A stretch of DNA of 64,000 nucleotides from Candidatus Moranbacteria bacterium GW2011_GWC2_40_12 (GCA_000995965.1 LBYD01000004.1:23711-87710); one strand, 5' to 3'. Positions 29,928 through 38,399 are shown, counted from the first letter of the stretch. Numbers and translations are program-made. The notes: a model not told the origin generated them from the letters alone.

Positions 29928-30222
29928 GCTTTCAGCTTACCATAAAATGTGTCTCTGTCAAAAGATAACACGATATTTTTTCAACAAAATTGTTGATATA
30001 CTGTAAATAAAGCTTTATACAAAGCAAAATAATCACTTTTGATTTGACAGAGGCCTGTTTTGGGTATATGCTATAACATTGGATATAGTACCTTGAAATT
30101 GTGCATTTTACGGCAAATCATTGCGGTTTTTGGCGAGTTTTGCGAAAAGTTTTCCGAAAACCGCAATGACGCGGTATATCAAAAAACGCGCCGTCATTTG
30201 ACGACCGCCAAGGAGGACTTGC

Positions 30223-30888
30223 ATGAGCGCAACCCTTAAGCAAGGAAAGAAATTATTATCTGTTTTTGAGAACACGTCTGCGGAACGGATGCAGGCGATT
30301 ATTGAGTCAGGTTTTCTTGCGGATCTTCGCGATGGCAACATTGCGAGAGTAGACCGCGACGAATTCAGGCAGATTCTGGGGCTTATGGCTCTAACTCCCA
30401 AGCCAGATTCTCTGCTCAAATTCATCCGGATTATTGCCATCCCCTCAACCAAGAAATTCATCGCCCGCGATCACTTCGTGGCTAACATCAAGGAAGGTGC
30501 CCGGGCGAAAATCTCCTATCTGGGAGATAATTTCCGCCAGGAATTCTTGGACAAGATCGAAAAACCGGCCGGGAAAAACAGCCTTCGCTGCCACGAGCTT
30601 CTGAAACCATCGGTAGACGGCTCGATATTCGCTGAACTCGGCGGTGAAAAAAAAGTCGCGTCCACGCTTGCCCAGATTTATTGGCTGATGGAACAGCAGC
30701 CAAACGGCGAAGACGGCACCATGCTGAATGACGGACGTTGGAATATTTTTTATATTCCTAACACCGCTGGTGTGCTTCGCGCGGTCTGCGTGTTCTGGAG
30801 CGGTGGCGGTTGGGGCGTGGATGCGGGCTCTGTTGAGTTTCCGTTCAGGTGGGACGTGGGCAGCCAGGTCTTCTCCCGCAATTCCTGA
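30223..30888 (+). CDS. DGR variable (target) protein with a C-terminal C-type-lectin-fold VR
   Basis: 221 aa; the last ~40 codons (30765-30888) match the TR at 31231-31358 except at TR adenines; ends ...FPFRWDVGSQVFSRNS*; no signal peptide detected. Confidence 0.75.
   Translation: MSATLKQGKKLLSVFENTSAERMQAIIESGFLADLRDGNIARVDRDEFRQILGLMALTPKPDSLLKFIRIIAIPSTKKFIARDHFVANIKEGARAKISYLGDNFRQEFLDKIEKPAGKNSLRCHELLKPSVDGSIFAELGGEKKVASTLAQIYWLMEQQPNGEDGTMLNDGRWNIFYIPNTAGVLRAVCVFWSGGGWGVDAGSVEFPFRWDVGSQVFSRNS
30765..30888 (+). repeat. DGR variable repeat (VR)
   Basis: About 124 nt aligned to the TR: 12 substitutions, all at TR-A positions (A->G, A->T); homology breaks in the last ~8 nt. Confidence 0.85.
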
Positions 30889-31230
30889 TCTTTTTTCCTT
30901 CGAATCTTTGAATTTTAACTCTTTGATTCTTTGGAACTTTGACCCTTCTCGATTTCTTCGGAAATTGTGGAGGGTTTTTTCTTTGCGATTTTTTTTGATA
31001 TAATTTTCTTGAGACTATGTGTTACGCAACGGCTACGGCTTTTGCGTCATGGCTTCAGGAATTTTTTCGCGAGAGTCGCGCCGGACACGTCTTGCGCGAG
31101 AGTGCGGAAAATATTCTTTTAAAAAAATGTGAATTGGTGCAGAAAACTGGAGGACTTCGATGTCCCGAATAAGATACAGCCCCGAGAGAATTCGAAGGGC
31201 GGTGGCGTGGATGGTTTTCTGCTCGAGAAC

Positions 31231-31358
31231 GAGCTGGTGTGCTTCGCGCGGTCTACGTGAACTGGAACGGTGGCGGTTGGAACGTGAATGCGAACTCTGT
31301 TGAGTTTCCGTTCAGGTGGAACGAGGGCAACCAGGTCTTCTCCCGCAACTCACTGATT
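31231..31358 (+). repeat. DGR template repeat (TR)
   Basis: Non-coding copy of the VR; in the VR frame it carries 7 AAC/AAT codons. Confidence 0.85.
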
Positions 31359-31757
31359 TCCTCTCCCGCTGTTTTGCGGGAGAGTTTTGCTCTGAAGCCC
31401 CTTTCGCCATCCTCCGAGCATTCGCCCGATTTCTTCAAGTCTTGTTGAAAGTTCAGTGAATTTATCGGTCGGAATCAGTTTGCTTTCCCAGGCAAGTTGC
31501 GCAAAAAATTTGAGAATATCAAGCTGTGATATTGTTTTTCCGAGCAGAATTATTTTTTGATCGGGCGGAAGATATGCGGCGGTGAAAGTCAACTCAAGAA
31601 CCGCCAGATATGATTGTTCAATTTTCTGTCCGATGCTGAATCGTTCGATTTTCGGAAAATTGCGATGCAATGCCAGCCAAAATTGATAAGCTTCTTTTTC
31701 TTTTTGAATAACGACCGGAAGCGTCGGGGGGGGGGGAATTTTTGAAAAGCCTGTCAT
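31350..31757 (-). CDS. avd: Avd (accessory variability determinant), four-helix-bundle protein
   Basis: FPKIERFSIG...VLELTF...LDILKFFAQLAWESKLI...EIGRMLGGWRKGL aligns block-for-block with bAvd / S23-ribosomal-type four-helix-bundle proteins; the 5' end is uncertain (Met at 31757 or GTG after the PPPP run). Confidence 0.7.
   Translation of the reverse strand: MTGFSKIPPPPTLPVVIQKEKEAYQFWLALHRNFPKIERFSIGQKIEQSYLAVLELTFTAAYLPPDQKIILLGKTISQLDILKFFAQLAWESKLIPTDKFTELSTRLEEIGRMLGGWRKGLQSKTLPQNSGRGNQ
31725..31736. repeat. G12/C12 homopolymeric tract at the divergent avd/RT junction
   Basis: 12 consecutive G on the + strand in a ~38% GC genome, 6 nt upstream of the RT TTG start, and encoding PPPP in the long form of avd. 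Confidence 0.9.
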
Positions 31758-32782
31758 TAAAAAAATTTGAGGATATAATTTCGGTTGAAAATCTTTTGCT
31801 AGCGTGGCAGGAATTTGAGCGCGGGAAGCGAAGTCGGAAAGACGTGCAGGAATTTTCTTTGCGAGTGATGGATAATATTTTCTCGCTCCACCGCGACCTT
31901 CTCAATCATACTTGGAAGCACGGCGGTTATCAAGCTTTCAAGATCAATGACCCTAAGCCGAGAGATATTCACAAAGCTTCGGTTTGCGACAGACTTTTAC
32001 ATCACGCCGTTTACCGGATTCTTTATCCTTTTTTTGAAAAAATATTTATCGCCGATTCGTATTCCTGCCAAATTAGAAAAGGCACGCACAGAGCGATTAA
32101 CAAATTTCGCAAGTTCGCATGGAAAGTCAGCCAGAACAACACGCGAACTTGCTGGGTTTTGAAGTGCGACATCAGAAAGTTTTTCGCGAATATAGATCAT
32201 GAAATCTTGCTTGGTATTTTGCGGGAGTATGTTCCGGACAAAAATATCATCCGGCTTCTTGAAAATGTGATAGGAAGTTTTTATTCAGATCGGTTTGGAG
32301 TTGGCCTGCCGCTTGGGAATCTCACTTCGCAGCTTTTTGTAAATATTTATCTGAATGAACTTGACCAGTTTGTGAAGCACAAACTGAAAGCCAGATATTA
32401 CATTCGCTATTGCGACGATTTTGTTATACTTTCTGAAAATAAATCTTGGCTTGAGCGGCAAATCCCGTTGGTAAGAAATTTTCTTTGGAAAAAATTACGG
32501 TTGAAGCTGCATCCCGATAAGGTTTTCATAAAAACGCTGTCTTCCGGCATGGATTTTCTGGGTATGGTGAATTTTCTTGATCACCGGATTTTGCGGACGA
32601 AAACAAAAAGAAAAATGTTAAGAAATATTTCGGAAAAACATTTTTTATTGAGAGAAGAATTTATTTCCGATAGTTTACTCAATCAAAGTTTGCATTCGTA
32701 TCTGGGGATATTGAAACATTGCAACGGACACAAAATTGAAGATGAGATCAGATCTCGCTTTTGCGCTGGAGGCTTGGATTAG
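31742..32782 (+). CDS. DGR reverse transcriptase
   Basis: RT domains 1-7 with YCDDF (YxDD), the DGR-specific LGNLTSQ motif and a group-II-intron-like fingers/palm; 346 aa; TTG start. Confidence 0.85.
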   Translation: MKSLSLKKFEDIISVENLLLAWQEFERGKRSRKDVQEFSLRVMDNIFSLHRDLLNHTWKHGGYQAFKINDPKPRDIHKASVCDRLLHHAVYRILYPFFEKIFIADSYSCQIRKGTHRAINKFRKFAWKVSQNNTRTCWVLKCDIRKFFANIDHEILLGILREYVPDKNIIRLLENVIGSFYSDRFGVGLPLGNLTSQLFVNIYLNELDQFVKHKLKARYYIRYCDDFVILSENKSWLERQIPLVRNFLWKKLRLKLHPDKVFIKTLSSGMDFLGMVNFLDHRILRTKTKRKMLRNISEKHFLLREEFISDSLLNQSLHSYLGILKHCNGHKIEDEIRSRFCAGGLD

Positions 32783-32802
32783 CTACAATACTAAAGCGGA
32801 TT

Positions 32803-34266
32803 ATGAATAAAGCTCTTCTCGAAAAATTGAAAAAATGGCAAAGCGAAAGGGCGCGGCGGGACAATGTCGAAGCCTATCGCGTTTTGCCATATTCGGTTTT
32901 GGGAGAAATCGCGCGGCGGCAGCCGCAAAGCGCCGAAGAGCTCTTGGAAGTGAAAGGCATCAAAGAAAAAAAATTGGCAAGGTATGGAAAAGAAATTTTG
33001 GCGCTGGTGGCAGGGGAACTAAACGATCAAGGTTCGACCTTTCCCTTCTTCGAGCAGAGCTCTCAGAATTCCTCAAGGTCGAACCTTATAGAAGACAAAA
33101 TATATGAAGTTGGCGAATATCTCGATTTTTTGAATATAAAACTACTGGAAGCCGAAGCGAAGATCAAAGGCGAGGTTTCGAGCGTGGAGAATCGGGGGAA
33201 TTATGTTTTCTTTGGCATCAAAGACAAATCAGGCGAAAGCCTTTTGAATTGTTTCATCTGGGGAAACGATTATTCAGTGAGCGGTGTGGAACTTGAAGAA
33301 GGCATGGAAGTGATCATTTGGGGCTATCCGAACGTATACAGGCCAAGCGGGCGGATGTCGTTTCAAACGAAGCTCATTGAAGTTGTCGGCGAAGGGGCGC
33401 TCAAAAAAGCCTATGATGATCTCAAAAGAAAGTTGGAGGCGGAAGGATTGTTCGCGCCTGAAAGAAAAAAAAAGATTCCCGATTTTTCTCATAAGATTGG
33501 ACTGATTACATCTCACCAGGGAGCGGCCATTGGAGATTTCACCTCGAATTTGGGAAGCTATGGCTTTCAAATAAAATTCTTTGATTCACGGGTGGAGGGA
33601 AAACAGGCAGTTTTTGATCTGACGAAAGCGTTAAAATGGTTTAATAAAAATATACCGAGTTTGGATGCGATAGTCTTAGTCCGTGGGGGAGGAAGCTTCG
33701 AAAGTTTGCAGGCTTTTAACACAGAGTCATTGGTTCGTGAAGTTGCAAATTCAAAAATTCCGATACTGGCCGGGATCGGACACGAGAAAGATATTTCCCT
33801 TGCGGCGCTCGCAGCGGATAAAATGGTCTCTACTCCAACCGGAGCAGCGGTAGAAATCACAAAATCTTGGGACGAAGCGGCGGGCAAAGTGGATGAAGCG
33901 GAGAGAAATTTACTAGGCTATCTTTCGGAAGTGTTTGAGCGGTTTAAACAGGCGAAGACAAAGATTCACAGAGAGGCGGAAAAAATCGGGCAGGCCATAC
34001 TTTATAGCCGTGAAAAAATAAGCAGTTTTTCGAAAAACGTGTCTTCCAGTTTCTCGCGCCAAGTAGAAGGCATCAAGGAGAAAATAAAAAATGCCGAAAA
34101 ACAAATCAACCTCAACAATCCCGAGCGGCAATTGAAACTGGGATACAGTCTTGTGAGTCTCGGCGGAAAAATTGTGCGGAGCGTGAAAAGAGTGAGAGTG
34201 GGGGACGAGGTGGATATAAAAGTTAGTGATGGGGAAATGAAGTCGGAAATTAAAGATATAATATAG
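32803..34266 (+). CDS. xseA: exodeoxyribonuclease VII large subunit with an N-terminal HRDC domain
   Basis: The N-terminal 80 aa (LLEKLKKWQSERARRDNVEAYRVLPYSVLGEIARRQPQSAEELLEVKGIKEKKLARYGKEILALV) match the RecQ/RNase D HRDC consensus, followed by the XseA OB-fold and catalytic core; 21 nt after the RT stop. Confidence 0.75.
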   Translation: MNKALLEKLKKWQSERARRDNVEAYRVLPYSVLGEIARRQPQSAEELLEVKGIKEKKLARYGKEILALVAGELNDQGSTFPFFEQSSQNSSRSNLIEDKIYEVGEYLDFLNIKLLEAEAKIKGEVSSVENRGNYVFFGIKDKSGESLLNCFIWGNDYSVSGVELEEGMEVIIWGYPNVYRPSGRMSFQTKLIEVVGEGALKKAYDDLKRKLEAEGLFAPERKKKIPDFSHKIGLITSHQGAAIGDFTSNLGSYGFQIKFFDSRVEGKQAVFDLTKALKWFNKNIPSLDAIVLVRGGGSFESLQAFNTESLVREVANSKIPILAGIGHEKDISLAALAADKMVSTPTGAAVEITKSWDEAAGKVDEAERNLLGYLSEVFERFKQAKTKIHREAEKIGQAILYSREKISSFSKNVSSSFSRQVEGIKEKIKNAEKQINLNNPERQLKLGYSLVSLGGKIVRSVKRVRVGDEVDIKVSDGEMKSEIKDII

Positions 34267-34348
34267 CTTTACGAATTACGAAGCTTTTACGAATATACGA
34301 ATGCAAAAATATTCGTAATTCGTATATTCGTAGAGCGAAGCGTATTTG
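34267..34348. repeat. TACGAAT/ATTCGTA palindromic intergenic repeat (family 2)
   Basis: tacgaattacgaa...tacgaatatacgaatg...attcgtaattcgtatattcgta inverted-repeat cluster; related copies at 8076-8159, 39234-39355 and 42262-42325. Confidence 0.7.
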
Positions 34349-34367
34349 TAATTCGTAAATAATATCA

Positions 34368-34574
34368 ATGCCAAAAGAAATTAATCTAACTCAATCTCTC
34401 AAAAAACTCGATGAAATTGTCGAGTGGTTTGAGAATCAGGGGGAAGTGGATGTGGAGAAGGGGATCGAAAAAGTGAAAGAAGGTGTCAAGCTCATCAAAG
34501 CCAGCCGCGAGCGACTCAAAAAAGTCGAAAATGAATTTGAGGAAGTGAAGAAAGAACTGGATGAGGAAATTTAA
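34368..34574 (+). CDS. xseB: exodeoxyribonuclease VII small subunit
   Basis: 68 aa; LDEIVEWFENQ...VDVEKGIEKVKEG...LIKASRERLKKVE is the typical XseB coiled coil. Confidence 0.75.
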   Translation: MPKEINLTQSLKKLDEIVEWFENQGEVDVEKGIEKVKEGVKLIKASRERLKKVENEFEEVKKELDEEI

Positions 34575-34619
34575 GGTTCGGCCTTAAAAATTTATAAAGG
34601 TCGAACTTTGATTTAAAAA

Positions 34620-35177
34620 ATGCAAAAAAAAATAAACTTAAAAAACAAGGAGGTTATGTATTCACTTCGCGAAAGCAAGCGAGCGAGGTGTCTCAGGATC
34701 ACGATCCATCCGGGAGGAGAACTTTCGGCCACTCTTCCACGCGGGATGAATATCGGTAAACTTGAAGAGTTTATCCTTCAAAAGGCCGATTGGATTTTGC
34801 GTCGCATCAATTTGGCCAAAAAAAGAAAGCCGGCCTTTCTTCTTCCAAAATCAAGCCGCAGGGAATATTTAAAAAATAAAAAAAAGGCATTTGAACTTGC
34901 GAAAGGAAAAATCGAAGAATTAAACGAGGCATATAATTTCCAATGCAAAAGAATTTCCATCCGCAACCAGAAATCAAGATGGGGAAGCTGCAGCCGGAAA
35001 GGAAATATCAATTTAAATTATAAAATAGTTTTTCTTCCGGAAAAATACCTCAACTATATCATCGTCCACGAGCTCTGCCATCTCAAGGAGTTCAACCACT
35101 CAAAAAGATTTTGGGATTTAGTCTCCCAAGTCATACCGGATTATAAGAATATACGAAAAGAATTTAGGAATCTTTGA
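34620..35177 (+). CDS. YgjP/DUF45-type (M48/WLM-like) zinc metallohydrolase
   Basis: C-terminal W-x-SC-x...HELCH (HExxH) and the DUF45 layout. Confidence 0.65.
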   Translation: MQKKINLKNKEVMYSLRESKRARCLRITIHPGGELSATLPRGMNIGKLEEFILQKADWILRRINLAKKRKPAFLLPKSSRREYLKNKKKAFELAKGKIEELNEAYNFQCKRISIRNQKSRWGSCSRKGNINLNYKIVFLPEKYLNYIIVHELCHLKEFNHSKRFWDLVSQVIPDYKNIRKEFRNL

Positions 35178-35281
35178 AATTTGAAGCGGTGCGACCGCCT
35201 GCTTTTTGGCGGGCGGGTGGACCGCAAAATATTTCAAACTTGCTTAAAATCCGATTTTGTGCTAATATGATATATATAAAG

Positions 35282-35374
35282 CTAACGAAACGGGCTTGCC
35301 CCGTTAGAAGTCAGGTTTTTTCTGGTTTCTGCTTGGTAGCAAAGCAATTTCTAACGGGGTGAACCCGTTTTTTG
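35282..35374 (+). promoter_or_regulatory. structured 5' leader: hairpin, an alternative antiterminator pairing, and an intrinsic terminator
   Basis: CTAACG..GCCCCGTTAGAAG hairpin; CCCCGTTAGAA is complementary to a downstream TTCTAACGGGG that also forms AACGGGGtgaaCCCGTT + T6; the same 17-mer TTTCTAACGGGGTGA recurs at 43584. Confidence 0.3.
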
Positions 35375-35395
35375 TTTATTCTTAGAACCGGTCCA

Positions 35396-36571
35396 ATGAC
35401 CGAGCTTGTTGCCGCTTATTACAAAAGAAATACGCATTTGTGGGAAAAAGTCGCAAAGCTTTCTGTTTTCATGTTGGGAATTTTGGCGGTCGGGGCACTT
35501 ACGGCTTTCGGGATGCAGCTCGCCATAAACTCCCAAAAAGAACTTTCGGCTAAGATCGCAAACAGCGGAAAGATCGGTCCGAGAGAAAAAATATCCATAA
35601 TTTTCAGCGATCCGGTAAAGCCCGTTTCAATCGAGGATGGTTTTTCCATTTTTCCCGAAGCGAAATTGAAACTTTTTTGGGCAGAAAAAAACCAAGAGCT
35701 TGATCTGAATCCCGTTGGCAATCTTAAGCCGGGAGAAACGTACAGGGTAAGAATAAAAACAAAAGAAGGTATTTTTAAAAATAGAGAAAATGAAATCAAT
35801 CTATTTTTTCAAGTTGAAAGTTATCCGAAGGTTTTGAAGGCGGAGCCAGGAAAGGAAAACACAAGCATCAGTATCACCTCGGACTTCAAAGTATTTTTTG
35901 ACAAGGCGACGGGAGATTATGACATAAACTTTATCATTGATCCGTTTGACAGTTTCAATTTCGAGGCCAATGACGAAAAAACAGAGTTTCGCATTTTTCC
36001 AAAAGACAAACTGCGATATGATACGGAATACAAAATGAGAATCACCGCGAAAGTTGCCGGCGAAGAAGACAGCGATTCTCCCAAAGAAATTTTCACAGGT
36101 TCTTTCCGGACGGAAAAAAAACCTTATGTCGCGCCGGTGAGAAACAATTCGGCGGTCATTCCGGATGACCAAGTTGTTGACCGCGACGCGAAGATCAGTG
36201 AGGGAAAATACATTGACATCAATCTTTCCAAACAGCATCTTTCAATATTTGAAAACAGCCAGCGTCTCGGGACATTTCGAATCTCCACAGGTAAGCGGGG
36301 AATGGCGACGCCGACCGGAAGTTTCAAAATTATGGCAAAGCGCGGCCGGGCCTGGTCGAACAAATACAAACTCTATATGCCGTTCTTCATGCAGTTCACG
36401 GGAGCGGGGCACGGCATTCACGAGTTGCCCGAATGGCCCGGAGGATACAAGGAAGGCGCGGCCCATCTTGGAATTCCTGTTTCGCACGGGTGCGTGAGGC
36501 TGGGAGTCGGGCCGGCTGAAACAGTTTATGCTTTTTCTGATGCCGGAACACCAGTAGTCATTCACTATTAG
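35396..36571 (+). CDS. L,D-transpeptidase (YkuD domain) with N-terminal TM helix and Ig-like repeats
   Basis: C-terminal HGIHE...SHGCVRL catalytic His/Cys signature of YkuD; N-terminal membrane anchor. Confidence 0.7.
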   Translation: MTELVAAYYKRNTHLWEKVAKLSVFMLGILAVGALTAFGMQLAINSQKELSAKIANSGKIGPREKISIIFSDPVKPVSIEDGFSIFPEAKLKLFWAEKNQELDLNPVGNLKPGETYRVRIKTKEGIFKNRENEINLFFQVESYPKVLKAEPGKENTSISITSDFKVFFDKATGDYDINFIIDPFDSFNFEANDEKTEFRIFPKDKLRYDTEYKMRITAKVAGEEDSDSPKEIFTGSFRTEKKPYVAPVRNNSAVIPDDQVVDRDAKISEGKYIDINLSKQHLSIFENSQRLGTFRISTGKRGMATPTGSFKIMAKRGRAWSNKYKLYMPFFMQFTGAGHGIHELPEWPGGYKEGAAHLGIPVSHGCVRLGVGPAETVYAFSDAGTPVVIHY

Positions 36572-36626
36572 CGGAAAATTTGCTAAAATAAATATATAAA
36601 AAAAATAAAACAAAGGAGGTGAACAA

Positions 36627-36830
36627 ATGGGCATAAAATCATCGTCAGACATTTTTTTCATCGTTTCGGTAGCGGCAGTTTTGATGGCAATCATCTCTTG
36701 GGCCGTGGAGCCAATGTGGCTTGCAGCAAGCCAATGGCTTTTGGTCGGGATTGTGGTCGGTGTTTGGGGAGTGTATCTTCGCCTTCGCGATATTCACGAG
36801 GGGAGCGGAAAAAAAGGTAAAAAGAAATAA
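36627..36830 (+). CDS. small membrane protein (67 aa)
   Basis: Strong SD AAGGAGGTG; two TM helices; Lys-rich tail. Confidence 0.4.
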   Translation: MGIKSSSDIFFIVSVAAVLMAIISWAVEPMWLAASQWLLVGIVVGVWGVYLRLRDIHEGSGKKGKKK

Positions 36831-36891
36831 AAAGCTTGGCTTTGGGGAATGACGGGAGCTCGGCTCCCGTCAGGAAAAAGCCGAGCTTTGG
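36831..36891. repeat. MITE-like nested-hairpin repeat, copy B
   Basis: AAAGCTTGGCTTTGGGGAATGACGGGAGCTCGGCTCCCGTCAGGAAAAAGCCGAGCTTTGG; sits exactly between a stop codon and the next ATG. Confidence 0.75.
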
Positions 36892-36900
36892 GAAAAATAT

Positions 36901-37608
36901 ATGAAAAAGCTTGCTATCTTCGACATTGACGGCACGATTTTCCGCAAAAATCTCCATTTTGAATTGATTGATGAGCTGTCCTGGCTGAGAATATTTTCTA
37001 AAGATGCTCGAAAGACGTTGGTGCGGGTATATGCTGATTGGCTGGAACATCGCGGCACATACGAGGAATATCGGAAGAAAATAGTCAGCATCTATGAAAG
37101 GGAACTCAAGGGATGCTGCCAGAAAGATATTGTTGATGCCAGCCGGAAAGTGGCAGATTTCAACAAAGACCGCGTATATATTTTTACCCGGGATTTAATA
37201 AAAAAGTTAAAAAAAACAAAGTATACAATAATTGCCATTTCCGGATCCCCGATAGAAATCGTAAAGGAATACAACAAATACATGAAATTCGACGAGGTTT
37301 TTGGTTCGGTTTATGAAACGAACGGCAAGGGATGTTATACCGGAAAAACTATTTTCGAGCCAGTGAAGCACAAAGGGCATGTGGTCGGCCAATTTATTTC
37401 AGAAAAAAATATGACGCTTGAAGGGTCTTTTGGCATAGGGGACACGGAGTCAGATATCAGTTTTCTCAAAATGGTTGCGCATCCCATCGCTTTCAATCCG
37501 AATATGAATCTCGAAAAAGCGGCTCGGCGAAAGAAATGGAAAATTGTTGTTGAAAAGAAAGATGTGATATATGATATAGGAAACTTTAAGACAATAGGCG
37601 CAAAATAA
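36901..37608 (+). CDS. HAD-IB family hydrolase (phosphoserine-phosphatase-like)
   Basis: IFDIDGTI motif I; a FGIGDTESD motif IV-like region. Confidence 0.7.
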   Translation: MKKLAIFDIDGTIFRKNLHFELIDELSWLRIFSKDARKTLVRVYADWLEHRGTYEEYRKKIVSIYERELKGCCQKDIVDASRKVADFNKDRVYIFTRDLIKKLKKTKYTIIAISGSPIEIVKEYNKYMKFDEVFGSVYETNGKGCYTGKTIFEPVKHKGHVVGQFISEKNMTLEGSFGIGDTESDISFLKMVAHPIAFNPNMNLEKAARRKKWKIVVEKKDVIYDIGNFKTIGAK

Positions 37609-37744
37609 TGCCCGAAAATTTCACATTAGAAGAGCTTTTTGAGTGGATTGTCAAAAAAACGATCTGGTTTTATCTTCCTTTTTACGCGCTTTATCGCTTT
37701 GGCAGGGAGCTCTTGCAAGAAATTTTTTCCAAGGAAGAAAAATA

Positions 37745-38041
37745 ATGCGGAAATCATTTTCGGAAAAAGTTATTAGTATTGTTGTCCGGATCCCCAAAGG
37801 CCGGACGCTTTCTTATAAAGAGGTTGCGCGAAGAGCCGGAAATGAAAAAGCGGCCCGGGCGGTGGGAAATATTTTGAATAAATACTATCAAAACTGTGTC
37901 AGAAATAAAAAACCTGCGATTCCTTGCCATCGGGTCATTCGTTCCGACGGAAAAATTGGTGGATACGCAATGGGGAAGAAAGAAAAGATGAAATTGCTTA
38001 AAAAAGAAACCGCCCATAGCAAAGGGGCGGATTCTTTATGA
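37745..38041 (+). CDS. MGMT-family protein (Ogt/alkyltransferase-like DNA-binding domain)
   Basis: IPCHRVI (PCHRV active-site motif) and a helix-turn-helix-containing C-terminal domain; the internal ATG with upstream AAGGAAGAAAAATAATG was chosen. Confidence 0.6.
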   Translation: MRKSFSEKVISIVVRIPKGRTLSYKEVARRAGNEKAARAVGNILNKYYQNCVRNKKPAIPCHRVIRSDGKIGGYAMGKKEKMKLLKKETAHSKGADSL

Positions 38042-38054
38042 GCAGAATATGAAA

Positions 38055-38399
38055 TTATTTCACCGATTCGACAAATTTTTTGAATTGCTCCGGGAATTTC
38101 ATCGCCATCTCGCTCAAGACTTTCCGGTCGAGGGCGATTTTTTTGTCGGTGAGTTTTTTGACGAAGCTTGAATATTTTTCTCCATTTTCCCGAAGAGCCG
38201 CATTCAGTCGCAAAATCCAAAGGTTTCGGAAAGTTCTTTTCTTGGCCCGGCGGTCCCGATAGGCATATTGCCCGGCTTTGAGCAGGGCTTCTTTGGCGGC
38301 GGCATAATTCGACTTCCGGCGCCACATAAAGCCTTTCGTCATTTTCAAGACTTTTTTTCTTCTTTTTGAAGCAATTTTTCCTCGTTTGACTCGCGACAT
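38055..38399 (-). CDS. rplT: 50S ribosomal protein L20
   Basis: MSRVKRGKIASKRRKKVLK..., the canonical L20 N-terminus. Confidence 0.9.
   Translation of the reverse strand: MSRVKRGKIASKRRKKVLKMTKGFMWRRKSNYAAAKEALLKAGQYAYRDRRAKKRTFRNLWILRLNAALRENGEKYSSFVKKLTDKKIALDRKVLSEMAMKFPEQFKKFVESVK

Noticed and set aside
30728-31003. ORF 30728-31003 (+) and ORFs 31239-31448 (+) / 31253-31438 (-)
   Set aside because: These are alternative frames through the DGR VR and TR; the TR is non-coding template and the VR is read in the target-gene frame.
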